A stretch of 64,000 nt of DNA from Candidatus Bathyarchaeota archaeon (GTDB taxonomy: Archaea > Thermoproteota > Bathyarchaeia > Bathyarchaeales > Bathycorpusculaceae): positions 87,145-151,144 of the forward strand of contig CAVYXL010000015.1 in NCBI GenBank assembly GCA_963772505.1. The letters are read 5' to 3'. Made by a program: the position numbers and the translations under genes. The notes under the pieces were generated by a model. That model was not told where the DNA came from. It ran no database searches and was given only the letters and a program-made list of their open reading frames with translations. Below, one piece after another: positions 47,365 through 57,562 of this stretch (position 1 is its first letter; the number at the start of each line of letters is the position of its first letter).

Positions 47365-48662
47365 GCGGAAACAAGTCGAAGACGCTTTTTGAAAGAGCCA
47401 AAAAGATTCTGCCAGGCGGCGTAAACAGCCCAGTTCGAGCCTTCGAGCCTTATCCGTTCTTTGTTGATCATGCCCAAGGCTGCAAATTATACAGTGCTGA
47501 TAACGCGGAATATGTCGATTATTGTATGGCTTACGGCGCAATGCTTTTGGGCCATGCCGAACCGGAAATTATGGAAGCTGTAAAAAATCAATTGCCTAAA
47601 GGCTCACTTTATGGTGCTCCAACTGAAATGGAAGTTGAATTTGCCGAATTAATATCCAAAGCGTCACCTTGCATGGAAATGCTGCGACTTGTTAATTCAG
47701 GCACTGAGGCTACTATGCATGCTGTTCGAGTAGCAAGAGGTTACACTGGAAGGAAAAAAATAATTAAGTTCGAAGGTTGCTTCCACGGTTCACATGATAG
47801 CGTTTTGGTTAAAGCTGGGTCAGGAGCAGCAACTTTTGGCACTCCAAACTCGCTTGGAATCCCCGAGGAAACAACCCAGAACACACTTGTATTGCCCTAC
47901 AACAGCATAGAATCCTTAGAGGAAGTTATGAAGCAGCAAGGCAACGAAGTAGCAGCTGTTATTGTTGAACCAGTTTTGGCAAATGTTGGGTTAATTTTGC
48001 CGACAGAAGATTATCTCAGTTATCTTAGAAAAGTAACAAGTAACTATGGTTCTGTTCTAATTTTTGATGAGATAATCACGGGGTTCCGTTTGGCTTTAGG
48101 CGGTGCGCAGGAATATTATGATGTGAAGCCTGACATGGCGACCCTTGGCAAAGTTTTGGGCGGCGGTTTTCCTTTGGCGGCGTTTGGTGGCAAACGTGAA
48201 ATTATGGAGAATATTTCGCCAGTCGGTAAAGTCTATCAAGCAGGCACCTTTAGCGGTAATCCAGTTTCGGCGACTGCAGGCTATACAATCCTAAAGATTC
48301 TAAACCAAAAGAAGGGTGAGATTTATCCCAAGCTAGAGAAAAACTGTGCTGAATTAACAAACGCGTTAGTTGACATTGTCCAGGGCTACGATTTGCAAGC
48401 GCAGGTATACAACACTGCTTCGATGTTCCAGATATTTTTTACAAACGAAGAGGTTCTGGACTACGCCTGCGCCAAGCATTCTAACACCAAAATGTTTGCC
48501 ACTTACTTCCATGAGTTGCTGAAGCAAGGCGTTTTTATTCCGCCGTCCCAATTCGAAACCTGCTTTTTATCAAACGCTCATTGTGACGAAGATTTAAAGC
48601 ATACGATAGAGGCTTTTGATAAAGCACTTAGCAGAGCAGCAAAGGAGAAAACAATTAATTGA
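47361..48662 (+). CDS. hemL: Glutamate-1-semialdehyde 2,1-aminomutase
   Basis: PGGVNSPVRAF, NSGTEA, DEIITGFR, GKVLGGG, YQAGT, PSQFE. Confidence 0.98.
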   Translation: MSGNKSKTLFERAKKILPGGVNSPVRAFEPYPFFVDHAQGCKLYSADNAEYVDYCMAYGAMLLGHAEPEIMEAVKNQLPKGSLYGAPTEMEVEFAELISKASPCMEMLRLVNSGTEATMHAVRVARGYTGRKKIIKFEGCFHGSHDSVLVKAGSGAATFGTPNSLGIPEETTQNTLVLPYNSIESLEEVMKQQGNEVAAVIVEPVLANVGLILPTEDYLSYLRKVTSNYGSVLIFDEIITGFRLALGGAQEYYDVKPDMATLGKVLGGGFPLAAFGGKREIMENISPVGKVYQAGTFSGNPVSATAGYTILKILNQKKGEIYPKLEKNCAELTNALVDIVQGYDLQAQVYNTASMFQIFFTNEEVLDYACAKHSNTKMFATYFHELLKQGVFIPPSQFETCFLSNAHCDEDLKHTIEAFDKALSRAAKEKTIN

Positions 48663-49594
48663 AACTGACGGTGGGCACCAGAGGAAGCGTCCTCGCACTG
48701 GCACAAACAAACCGTGTCTTAAGACAAATCAAGCAGGCGCATCCCGAACTTGATTTTAAATTAAATATAATCAAAACAGTGGGTGACAAAGAAACGGGCA
48801 AACCCCTGTTCAGTATCGATTGTAAAGGCATTTTTGAAAAAGAAATTGATCAGCAAGTATTTAGCGGCGAAATTGATTTTGCGGTTCACAGCCTAAAAGA
48901 TGTGCCTATCGTTGAGCAGACTGGTGGAACAATTTTAGCGGCTATTCCAAAACGGGACTCGCAACATGACGTTTTCATATCCAAAAACAAAGTAACCCTT
49001 TGTGATTTGCCTACTGGATCGGTTGTTGGAACAGGCAGCCTAAGAAGAATGGCAGAAATCAAATATTTACGAACTGACCTCGATGTCCAACCCATCCGAG
49101 GTAACGTGGATACGCGTTTAAATAAGGTCAGGAAAGGCGAATTTGCAGGCGTTGTCATCGCTGAAGCAGGGCTTGAGCGAATGAATTTAGAAAAAGAAAT
49201 CACAGAACGCCTTTCACTTGAACAATTTCCCTCAGCAGCTGGGCAAGGCGCCATAGCAGTTGTGGCTAAAGAGGGAAACGATAGCGTAATAGCGCTTCTG
49301 CGGTCAATAGACGACAATGCTACCCGAGCAGAGATTAACGCTGAACGGAGCTTGGTGTTTCAGTTAGAAGGTGGCTGTCGAGTGCCAATTGGCGCTGTTG
49401 CCGATGCAATTGGTAATAATCTGTCGCTTTGCGGGTGTATTTTCTCGCTCAACGAACGAAAGAAAATCTGTGCATCTGCACAAGGTATATTGGCTGATGC
49501 TGAAGATTTGGGCGAAAAAGTGGGTAAAGACCTCATAAGACAAGGGGCAAAAGATTTCGAAAGAGAATGGAGAGAGAAATATGGCACATGGTAA
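48659..49594 (+). CDS. hemC: Hydroxymethylbilane synthase
   Basis: GTRGS.LALAQ, VHSLKD, SLRR, IRGNVDTR, LEGGC. Confidence 0.98.
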   Translation: MKLTVGTRGSVLALAQTNRVLRQIKQAHPELDFKLNIIKTVGDKETGKPLFSIDCKGIFEKEIDQQVFSGEIDFAVHSLKDVPIVEQTGGTILAAIPKRDSQHDVFISKNKVTLCDLPTGSVVGTGSLRRMAEIKYLRTDLDVQPIRGNVDTRLNKVRKGEFAGVVIAEAGLERMNLEKEITERLSLEQFPSAAGQGAIAVVAKEGNDSVIALLRSIDDNATRAEINAERSLVFQLEGGCRVPIGAVADAIGNNLSLCGCIFSLNERKKICASAQGILADAEDLGEKVGKDLIRQGAKDFEREWREKYGTW

Positions 49595-50336
49595 AGTTTA
49601 CCTTGTCGGTGCTGGTCCAGGCGACCCCAAACTGCTAACCGTCAAAGCCGTTGAACTGTTAAAACGAGCAGATATTGTAATTTATGACCGGTTGGTTGGT
49701 GAAGAGATCCTTACTTTAGCCCCCGAAAAAGCTGAGAAGATTTATGTGGGAAAAAGAACGGGTAAACACGAAATTCCACAGGACAAGATTACTGAGTTAA
49801 TAATTGAGAAAGCCCAAACAGGCGGCATAGTTGTGAGACTTAAAGGTGGGGACCCATTTGTTTTTGGAAGAGGCGGAGAAGAAGCCGAAGCATTAGTGGA
49901 AAAAGGCATCGAGTTTGAAGTCGTGCCTGGAATTAGCTCATCTGTTGCAGCCCCAATGTATGCAGGCATCCCTTTAACTCACAGAGATTATGCAGCCTCA
50001 GTAGCAATCATAACGGGACATAGGGCAGGAGACGCCGAAAAACCAATTAACTGGGCAAAAATCGCAGCAGCCGTCGACACAATGGTCATTTTGATGGGGG
50101 TTGAATCGCTCGACGGCATAGCTAACAAGTTGCTAGAGGGCGGAGTAAGCCCGAGTAAGCCTGTTGCCATTGTAGAATCAGGAACATATCCCCAGCAAAA
50201 AACGCTTATCAGCACACTAGGAAACATTGTAGCAGAAGCTGAGAACAAACAAGTTAAGCCGCCAGCAGTAATCGTCATCGGAGAAGTAGCAAACTTAGGC
50301 AGGAAACTTGCATGGTTCAAAAAACCCCTAGCCTAA
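49581..50336 (+). CDS. cobA: Uroporphyrinogen-III C-methyltransferase
   Basis: GAGPGD, YDRLV, RLKGGDPFVFGRGGEE, GIPLTHR. Confidence 0.97.
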   Translation: MAHGKVYLVGAGPGDPKLLTVKAVELLKRADIVIYDRLVGEEILTLAPEKAEKIYVGKRTGKHEIPQDKITELIIEKAQTGGIVVRLKGGDPFVFGRGGEEAEALVEKGIEFEVVPGISSSVAAPMYAGIPLTHRDYAASVAIITGHRAGDAEKPINWAKIAAAVDTMVILMGVESLDGIANKLLEGGVSPSKPVAIVESGTYPQQKTLISTLGNIVAEAENKQVKPPAVIVIGEVANLGRKLAWFKKPLA

Positions 50337-51142
50337 AAGGAAAGACAGTCGCATTAACAAGACCTGCTGGCCAAGCAGAAGAAGCAGGCAAACTCATCGA
50401 AGAAAAAGGCGGCATACCTTACTATATCCCTGCTATTGAAATCAAAGGATTAACCAATTTTGAACCTGTTAAAAAATTTATCACAGAGTTGCTGAAAGGT
50501 CAAATTAACTATGTCATCTTAATGAGCACTAATGGAGTCAAGTATCTCTTTAGCACTGCTGAAACCCTAAAACAAACCAGCCAACTTAAAGAGGGGTTCT
50601 CTAAAACGTTTGTTATTGCTGTTGGACCGCGGACGGCTGAGGCATTGGAAGAAGAATACCATGTTAAAGTCGGGTTAGTCCCAAACAAATATAGTTCTGA
50701 AGGTTTAATCGAATGTTTAAAGAGTAAAGAGCTTTCGGGCAAGAAAATTCGTATTCCCCGAACTAGCAATGCATCACCGATCTTAAGTGATAAACTCAAA
50801 GAAATGGGTGCGGATGTTGAAGAAATTTATGTTTACGAGTCAGGATTACCTGTCGATAAAGAACTGAAAGATAAATTCTTTAAAGCTTTAATTTCTGGAA
50901 AAATTGACGCAATAGTTTTTGGCAGCGGATTGAGTGCAAAAAACATTTTCCAAATGCTAAACGAGAAGGCGCCGATGGATAAACTTCGAAGCATAATAAA
51001 CGGCAGGGTTACAACTGTTGCCATTGGTCCAACAACAGCTGAAGCCTTAATAGAACTTGGAATAGTGGTTGATGTTATCCCTGAGGACTACTTGTTTGAA
51101 AAAGCACTATCAGCACTATCAAGGTATTGGAGCGCCAATTAA
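50312..51142 (+). CDS. hemD: Uroporphyrinogen-III synthase
   Basis: LTRP, STNGV, AVGPRTA, AIGPTTA. Confidence 0.93.
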   Translation: MVQKTPSLKGKTVALTRPAGQAEEAGKLIEEKGGIPYYIPAIEIKGLTNFEPVKKFITELLKGQINYVILMSTNGVKYLFSTAETLKQTSQLKEGFSKTFVIAVGPRTAEALEEEYHVKVGLVPNKYSSEGLIECLKSKELSGKKIRIPRTSNASPILSDKLKEMGADVEEIYVYESGLPVDKELKDKFFKALISGKIDAIVFGSGLSAKNIFQMLNEKAPMDKLRSIINGRVTTVAIGPTTAEALIELGIVVDVIPEDYLFEKALSALSRYWSAN

Positions 51143-51148
51143 TTTTCA

Positions 51149-51283
51149 TTAATAATTGTGCCGTTGTTGCGAGCGCTTTAATCTCTCTTCTAGTCTTCTT
51201 TCACGTTCTCTATGCTCTAATCCAACTAAAGGAGCCATTGCAAGAACAGTAAGACCACGCCCAACTTTCTTAAATAAGTTCAT
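51149..51283 (-). CDS. 44-aa small protein
   Basis: MNLFKKVGRGLTVLAMAPLVGLEHRERERRLEERLKRSQQRHNY; AGAGGA upstream. Confidence 0.55.
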   Translation of the reverse strand: MNLFKKVGRGLTVLAMAPLVGLEHRERERRLEERLKRSQQRHNY

Positions 51284-51481
51284 GAAACTTTTCCTCTATA
51301 AAATCTTACGATTCCATGTTTTTAATATGAATTGCTAATTTCGACATATATCAAAACCTGATATATACGCGGTCACACCATAAGCGCGCAAATTGAACAA
51401 GGTTTAGGGAGTGCCACTTAAGGCCAATCGGATTTTAGCTCAAAAGTATTGCGATAGCTAATTTACTTGCTGTAAAGTCGC

Positions 51482-52462
51482 TCAGTCCTTTGTAAATCTT
51501 GAATAATCCGAATGTTTCTTGTAAAAAATTTTTCCAGCCGAACTAACTGAGAGAACTATTGCTGCTACGATAAATGTTGGAAACTCAGGTATTGAAGACA
51601 CATGAGTTGTCGGAGGTTGTGGCAACAAGGCCAAGATAGCAAGGCTCGTGGTTTCCGTATTAGTATCTGTTCCATTATTTGAAAAGCATGTATCATATCC
51701 TGAGTAGAAACCTCCGGAAGGCGCTTGCATTTTCAGCAAGTTCACCTCAGCACTCTGAGGAAATGAATAGTTAAGGAATTTACTTGCATAGATGTAAAGT
51801 GCCAACTTGTATGTTTGATACTGCCCATTTTGCGAATCATTTCCATAGAAGACAGAGTCATTCGTACCTATGTTATTGTAAGTTATCTGTCCAAATTGAT
51901 AATTAGCAAGTGTGTTATTGGGGTCATTATTTTTGCTGAAGTAAAATGCTTCTAAAAAGGCAATATCCGCATATTGAGTGGAATTCAATTCAATAGGTCC
52001 ATTGTTCAATGTAATGTTAATTACAGCGCCTGCATTGTTCCCACTGTAATACTGGAACAGAAGGTTGCTACTTGCATTGTTAAAGATTGAAACGTTGACT
52101 TCGATTGAGGAATCCAGAACCAAATACTGATTCAACACACTCGACATGTTAACATACCCTGAAATACTACTTACAATTTTTGTAGCAATGTTTGCATAAG
52201 TTATATTTCCCGTGTAATTGCTATAACGTTCTAAGGCCAAAGAAGCAAGAAAATTGTCACTGTACAACCAGTATGTGTTGCCGTGAGGAATTTCAGGAAT
52301 AAGCCCAACCGTTGAGTTGTAGTTCATCACAAGATAATTGATGGCATCAGAAAGGGCTGATTTAGCTTGAGTATTTTGCACAATCATGGATGACTGCAAA
52401 ATTGTCATTACTATTAGGAAAATTAAAAGGACCGCGAGCAGCCCAAAGACTCTTCTTTGCAT
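51482..52462 (-). CDS. Secreted Asn-rich protein with PEF-CTERM-like anchor
   Basis: Signal/TM start; YQTYKLAL, NTETT; IPEFP + TM + KKH. Confidence 0.78.
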   Translation of the reverse strand: MQRRVFGLLAVLLIFLIVMTILQSSMIVQNTQAKSALSDAINYLVMNYNSTVGLIPEIPHGNTYWLYSDNFLASLALERYSNYTGNITYANIATKIVSSISGYVNMSSVLNQYLVLDSSIEVNVSIFNNASSNLLFQYYSGNNAGAVINITLNNGPIELNSTQYADIAFLEAFYFSKNNDPNNTLANYQFGQITYNNIGTNDSVFYGNDSQNGQYQTYKLALYIYASKFLNYSFPQSAEVNLLKMQAPSGGFYSGYDTCFSNNGTDTNTETTSLAILALLPQPPTTHVSSIPEFPTFIVAAIVLSVSSAGKIFYKKHSDYSRFTKD

Positions 52463-52543
52463 AAGCTACTTTTCTGAAATCCGTTTGAATATAACATTTT
52501 CTACAATTCTTCAAAGGGTGTGAGACAAATTAATATCGGGTGT

Positions 52544-53011
52544 CTAATGACCCAAGCGCTGCAATTCTGACTGACTTATGTAGATATGTCCAATTGCAAG
52601 AACAACTGTAAATACGCCCAAAAACCATGAGTTAAGAAAAACTGCAGCTGCCAGAAAATAAGCAATCGGACTAACAACCATGGGTAGAGGCAAACCCATC
52701 AAGGGTGTATATAGTAGCGCGTACTGCCTATCTTTTAAGAAGAATCTCAACCATCCAAGGTAGTAAATAAATAAAAACACAGTCATGACTGCCAGACTGA
52801 TTTTCTGCAGCGCAGTCTGAATACTGGTTTGGTAGATGAAAGGAATCGCAAAAACTCCCACCTGCCCAATTCTCTCAAAGTATTGCATGACTTTCGTAAC
52901 TGAACTTTTGGGGGCCTCTTGCGGTTTAGGTGATGATTTGGCAGGCAAGAACCCGAAGAAAATGAGGTTTGGAACTAAAATGAGAACCGATACCAACCAG
53001 CCAAGATACAT
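52544..53011 (-). CDS. Hypothetical membrane protein
   Basis: 4-5 hydrophobic segments. Confidence 0.7.
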   Translation of the reverse strand: MYLGWLVSVLILVPNLIFFGFLPAKSSPKPQEAPKSSVTKVMQYFERIGQVGVFAIPFIYQTSIQTALQKISLAVMTVFLFIYYLGWLRFFLKDRQYALLYTPLMGLPLPMVVSPIAYFLAAAVFLNSWFLGVFTVVLAIGHIYISQSELQRLGH

Positions 53012-53182
53012 GTGTGTTCATTGTCAATTTTTCTTTTTAAGACTTTACAAAGGGGTAAGAAATAGGAAAGTAGCAACTTCTAAACTCGCTTAGAGGGTTG
53101 GAAATGCTTCATCTCGTTATTTTTTTGCTGGAGGTTTAATCTTAATAAGCGCAGTTTCATGATACTTTTTGGGATATTACAA

Positions 53183-53869
53183 ATGGAATTTGATAACGCA
53201 AGTCCGCATTTGGCTGAAGATTATGATTTGAAAGTTCGAATTACAATACCTTACTACGACGCTTTTCACAGTGAGACAATCAATTTTGTAAAAGCCACCA
53301 AAAAAGAGCCAAAGACTTGGCTTGATACTGGATGCGGAACTGGCACTTTTGTTGAAAAGGCACTGGATGCTTTTCCAAATACGCACTTCATATTGGCTGA
53401 CCCTTCTGAAAAAATGCTCGGGATAGCTAAGAAGAAGCTGGCAAATGTGGCCGATGGCCGAGTTGAGTTTCTAAAGTCTGCATGTACCCAAGATTTAGGA
53501 GAATTAGGAGAAGAACTGGATATTGTTACTGCGATTCAATCGCATCATTTTATGGCTGGCGATGAAAGAGCAAAGGCAACTAAGACCTGCTTTGATTTGC
53601 TTGAGCGAGGAGGGGTTTATGTAACTTTTGAAAATGTTCGTCCAATGACGCCTCAAGGAATTGCAATAGGAAAAGAATATTGGAAGAGTTTCCAGCTGGC
53701 AAAGGGGAGAGATGCTGCAACCGTTGAGAACCATCTTTCCCGATTTGATTCAGAATACTTTCCAATAACTATAATGAGCCATCTCTCTCTTTTGAGAAAT
53801 ACTGGATTTTCGTCCTCAGAAATTCTGTGGTATTCTTACATGCAGGCAGGGCTGTACGCCATAAAGTAG
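53183..53869 (+). CDS. Class I SAM-dependent methyltransferase
   Basis: WLDTGCGTG, ADPSEKML, YFPIT. Confidence 0.9.
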   Translation: MEFDNASPHLAEDYDLKVRITIPYYDAFHSETINFVKATKKEPKTWLDTGCGTGTFVEKALDAFPNTHFILADPSEKMLGIAKKKLANVADGRVEFLKSACTQDLGELGEELDIVTAIQSHHFMAGDERAKATKTCFDLLERGGVYVTFENVRPMTPQGIAIGKEYWKSFQLAKGRDAATVENHLSRFDSEYFPITIMSHLSLLRNTGFSSSEILWYSYMQAGLYAIK

Positions 53870-54036
53870 ACTATGTTTCTGGTTTTCTGCAAGGGCAGTG
53901 CATACAGTCGTTCAATTGTTTATGTTTGTAAACGATATTTTCGTTGTCAACACTTTCAACCGAGATTAGATTTCCGCAGTTTTTACATCCCTAATACTCT
54001 GATTCCTTTGAATTTGTTAAGAATTCAAGGTTTTAG

Positions 54037-55053
54037 TTAACTGTTTTTGGTTTTCTCATATAGAACAATAACCAGTCCTGCTAACAAGACTGCAACAATA
54101 ACAAGAACAATATAGATTGTCAGTGACAGTTGTAAAACTGATGAGGAGGAAGAAATAGTGGGGCTATTAGTAACTATTATTGATTGCGTGTTGCTCCAAC
54201 CACTAAATTCGCCGGTGTATGTTGGAGGAATGTATTCTCCTTGAGGTACGCTTCCTTGAATGTAAGTTATGTATCCTATTATTGCTTCAACTTGAAAGTT
54301 TACTACCCCGGTAGGCGGTGATGCTCCAGAACGAATTAGGCCAAGATTGGTCGTGGTGAAATCATAATTTGATTCGTTCAAGGGTATCTGGGTTTGTTGC
54401 CAATAATTAGACGAATTCTCTTTCCATTGAATAACGTAATACAAATTGATTCTGTTTCCATGTTGGTCGGTATAGGTTGTAAATGGCTGGTTTTTTATTG
54501 TGATATTTACCGATGGTAAAATGGCGCTTGTCAGAGGTATTTGAAATGTTCCAATAAACTTGACGGTGAATTCTGGAACAGAAGGCGTTGTTTGAGTTGA
54601 AGAGGTACCAGCGATAATGAATGACTGGTTGATGGAACATCCATTAAATTCAGCCCAGTATTGGTCCGTTTCTTGCCAAACATAATAATGGCTGAAAAAC
54701 TGGAATGTATGCCTGCCAGGATTCGTTATGGCTGGAATTGTTATCTGCCATGTGTACCAGTCACGAGCAATAGTTTCGTCGTTGGCTGTCTTATTTGTTA
54801 AACCTTGAAAACTCATGGGAATGAGTGTTCCATTATCGATGCATACTGATACAGTTGTGTTGGTGTTAATTGTTGAGGTTTGATAAGCGAAATGGTCGAC
54901 GACCGAATATGTTTTTCCATCTTCTGGATAGGTGTTCGCTGTTGCAATTGATCCACCGCTTGCAGAAACTAAGTTGGCCGCAAACAAGGTTACAAAAATG
55001 GAGATTAACACAAAAACCGCAACCATTAGCTTTTTCAAGTTTCTGCCAAGCAT
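54037..55053 (-). CDS. Two-domain secreted/surface protein with C-terminal TM
   Basis: Signal peptide, internal PSVPEFTVKF, SGWSNTQ, TM tail. Confidence 0.78.
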   Translation of the reverse strand: MLGRNLKKLMVAVFVLISIFVTLFAANLVSASGGSIATANTYPEDGKTYSVVDHFAYQTSTINTNTTVSVCIDNGTLIPMSFQGLTNKTANDETIARDWYTWQITIPAITNPGRHTFQFFSHYYVWQETDQYWAEFNGCSINQSFIIAGTSSTQTTPSVPEFTVKFIGTFQIPLTSAILPSVNITIKNQPFTTYTDQHGNRINLYYVIQWKENSSNYWQQTQIPLNESNYDFTTTNLGLIRSGASPPTGVVNFQVEAIIGYITYIQGSVPQGEYIPPTYTGEFSGWSNTQSIIVTNSPTISSSSSVLQLSLTIYIVLVIVAVLLAGLVIVLYEKTKNS

Positions 55054-55347
55054 TTTTAAATCTCTCTTTATTTGTTCCATTTTCCAATTTAAATGTGCTG
55101 TGAAATGACATAGACTAAATTTCTAAAAAAAGTGATTTTGAAGGACTGAAGGCGATTGATGAAGAAAACTAGTTTAGTGTTTACTTGTTGTACAGTTTGT
55201 TGTGGATTTAAAATATTGATTTTTTAGTTATATTTTACGTATCAATATGTCTTTGTGTTCTACAATTAGAACGCTTGAGTGGTTTTCATATGCTTGTGTT
55301 ATGTGCGAGGGTTTAATTGGCTGTTTACGCACTATGAAGACGTAAGA

Positions 55348-55370
55348 AATGTGTCTTAAAAAGACACATT
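55348..55370. promoter_or_regulatory. Perfect inverted repeat upstream of padR
   Basis: AATGTGTCTT-AAA-AAGACACATT. Confidence 0.6.
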
Positions 55371-55409
55371 GTACACTTGAACAACACAACAACAGGAGCA
55401 AAAAAAAAA

Positions 55410-55805
55410 ATGAACACTAACAATCAAAAAGAAGCCCAAACAAAACTCACTAAGGGTCTCTTAGACATGATTATTCTTCAATACTTAGAACATGAATCAA
55501 TGCACGGATACCAACTCATAACTAAAATTCGCAAGGGCTTCGGAATCTATTTCGGACCAAGTACAGTCTACCCGCTTTTAGGTCAACTCGAGAAAAAAGG
55601 CTACGTAAAAAGTATTTGGAACATGGATTCAGAAAGGCCTCGAAAGGTATATACTCTAACTAGTGAAGGAAAAGAAGTTCTAAACTTTACTGAAAACTCA
55701 CTCAACCTCATATGCAAAAATATGGTATCTGACACCAAAATCCAGATTCAGGCAGCCCCTCTTACCTCAACGAGACCAACATTTCAAATACACAACAATT
55801 TTTGA
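55410..55805 (+). CDS. PadR-family regulator
   Basis: GLLDMIIL, MHGY, TVYPLL..LEKKGYV, RKVYTLT.EG. Confidence 0.93.
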   Translation: MNTNNQKEAQTKLTKGLLDMIILQYLEHESMHGYQLITKIRKGFGIYFGPSTVYPLLGQLEKKGYVKSIWNMDSERPRKVYTLTSEGKEVLNFTENSLNLICKNMVSDTKIQIQAAPLTSTRPTFQIHNNF

Positions 55806-56013
55806 TTTAAAACGAAGTCAAGAATTCTTCGCATTCTTTAAAAAAAATCGTCGCCGAGAACCGCCCATTCAATGCATTTTTTTGACTGCCATTCAGTGGA
55901 CAACTTTTCTTTTTAGGAGCGCAGCGGTTTTGTTGTCATTTTTATTAGTTATATGATTTTGCGCAAAAATTTATTATCTGATTCTTTAAAATAGCAATAG
56001 CTGGAGCACTCTA

Positions 56014-56559
56014 TTGAACGAAGGGAGAAGTCTAAAGAACTTCAAGGCTAAAAATGGAAGAAAGGTAATTTTAAGAACACCCAGATCTAAAGACTTGGAT
56101 GGTTTATTAGAGCTAATCAACGCTGCAGTTGATGAGAAAGCGGATATTTTGATTAACCAAAAATTTACTCGTAAAGAAGAAGCTGAATGGCTAAACAAAA
56201 CGTTGCTACGATTGGAAAAAGATGAGGCTTTCTATCTTGTTGCCGATATAGACGAAGAAGTTGTTGCTTTCTCCGATCTTCAGCTTCAAGACGGAGATCA
56301 AGAACGGGTCGGATTAATAGGAATAATTGTGAAGAGCACTTACAGGAATTTGGGAATTGGAACTGAGATTATAAAATCTCATTTCGAAAAAGCCGCATCT
56401 TTTGGATTAAAGGGTTTAACTGTAAATGTCTTTGACACGAACAAGCGGGCTATTCATGTTTATGAGAAAATGGGATTTGTTCGGACGGACAAAATTTCAA
56501 AGAAGTATTTTAAGCAAGGAAGATTTATTGATGAAGTCATAATGACAAAGTTGACTTGA
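56014..56559 (+). CDS. GNAT acetyltransferase
   Basis: YRNLGIGT, NKRAIHVYEKMGF. Confidence 0.92.
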   Translation: MNEGRSLKNFKAKNGRKVILRTPRSKDLDGLLELINAAVDEKADILINQKFTRKEEAEWLNKTLLRLEKDEAFYLVADIDEEVVAFSDLQLQDGDQERVGLIGIIVKSTYRNLGIGTEIIKSHFEKAASFGLKGLTVNVFDTNKRAIHVYEKMGFVRTDKISKKYFKQGRFIDEVIMTKLT

Positions 56560-56655
56560 TAATCATGTTGTTGAGTTTAAATTAACAATATCGCGTTTGC
56601 ACATAACTTATATTATACACTTTCAATTCTGTTTTAAGTTCAGGAGAAACGAACG

Positions 56656-56934
56656 ATGAAACGCTTCATAGTCAACTCGAAAGTACCTCAAATCCAGCTT
56701 AACAGGCTTACCTGCATTATAGGTACCACAGACGTTTTTGAGAGGAGCGGTATTAAAGACGTCTATTTGAAAACCTGTTATTGTTGTTCTCCTGAGTCAA
56801 ACGCGGGCGTGGAAAAAGCTATCATCGAGTTTGAAGCTCCATCCAAAGAGGCGCTGGAAGCAGCGCTTCAAAAGATCAACTTTCCTGCTGACTCAATAGT
56901 CGAGGTCACAAAAGTCCAGGTCAGCAAGAACTGA
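56656..56934 (+). CDS. Small Cys-containing protein (DUF4242-like)
   Basis: CYCC, EFEAPSKEA, PADSIVEV; AGGAG SD. Confidence 0.6.
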   Translation: MKRFIVNSKVPQIQLNRLTCIIGTTDVFERSGIKDVYLKTCYCCSPESNAGVEKAIIEFEAPSKEALEAALQKINFPADSIVEVTKVQVSKN

Positions 56935-57271
56935 GACAACATCTTCTTAACTTTATCCAAATGCTTCTTCATTGGTCCTCCAAGTTTTTGTATTTCATGG
57001 CCATCTTGAGATAGAGTGTTTTTTGTATGCTATTGTTCAGCCCTTCTGAGCTTCAAAATTTAAGACGATTCTCTAACTATGAAATTAACGGGTGGATTGT
57101 TGGCGCAGTTAGGAAATAGATATATTTTACTAGAGGGAAGATATGTAACGACAGCGTAAACAAGATATCCAAAAAATGGTTTTGTGTCCTTACTGCCACG
57201 CAATAAGCCACGCTGAACTTCAAATTTTTGGTTAATGTATGACCTGCCTAAAGCAAATTGGAGATGAATAT

Positions 57272-57391
57272 ATGACGAATAATGATAAATGCCGTTGCGG
57301 TTGTGCTGAAACTGTTACTGAATTTCTGGATGAAACAATACTGTTATGTTGCCCAAACTGTAATGCGATAAGAAGCAAAAGTTGGTTTTAG
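57272..57391 (+). CDS. 39-aa zinc-finger micro-protein
   Basis: MTNNDKCRCGCAETVTEFLDETILLCCPNCNAIRSKSWF; GGAGATGA SD. Confidence 0.65.
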   Translation: MTNNDKCRCGCAETVTEFLDETILLCCPNCNAIRSKSWF

Positions 57392-57562
57392 CATAAGTAA
57401 GATTCAAGAAAATATAGATTCGAACTGAGAAAAAAGGGGAATGCGGTGATATCTCTGTTGGAGGGAGAGTCATTTCGATTCCCTGTTAAAACTCGATAAA
57501 TGAGATTAAATTATAATCCCTATCGCATAGTTTTTTAAGTCTAAAATTCTTAAGCAGTAGCT

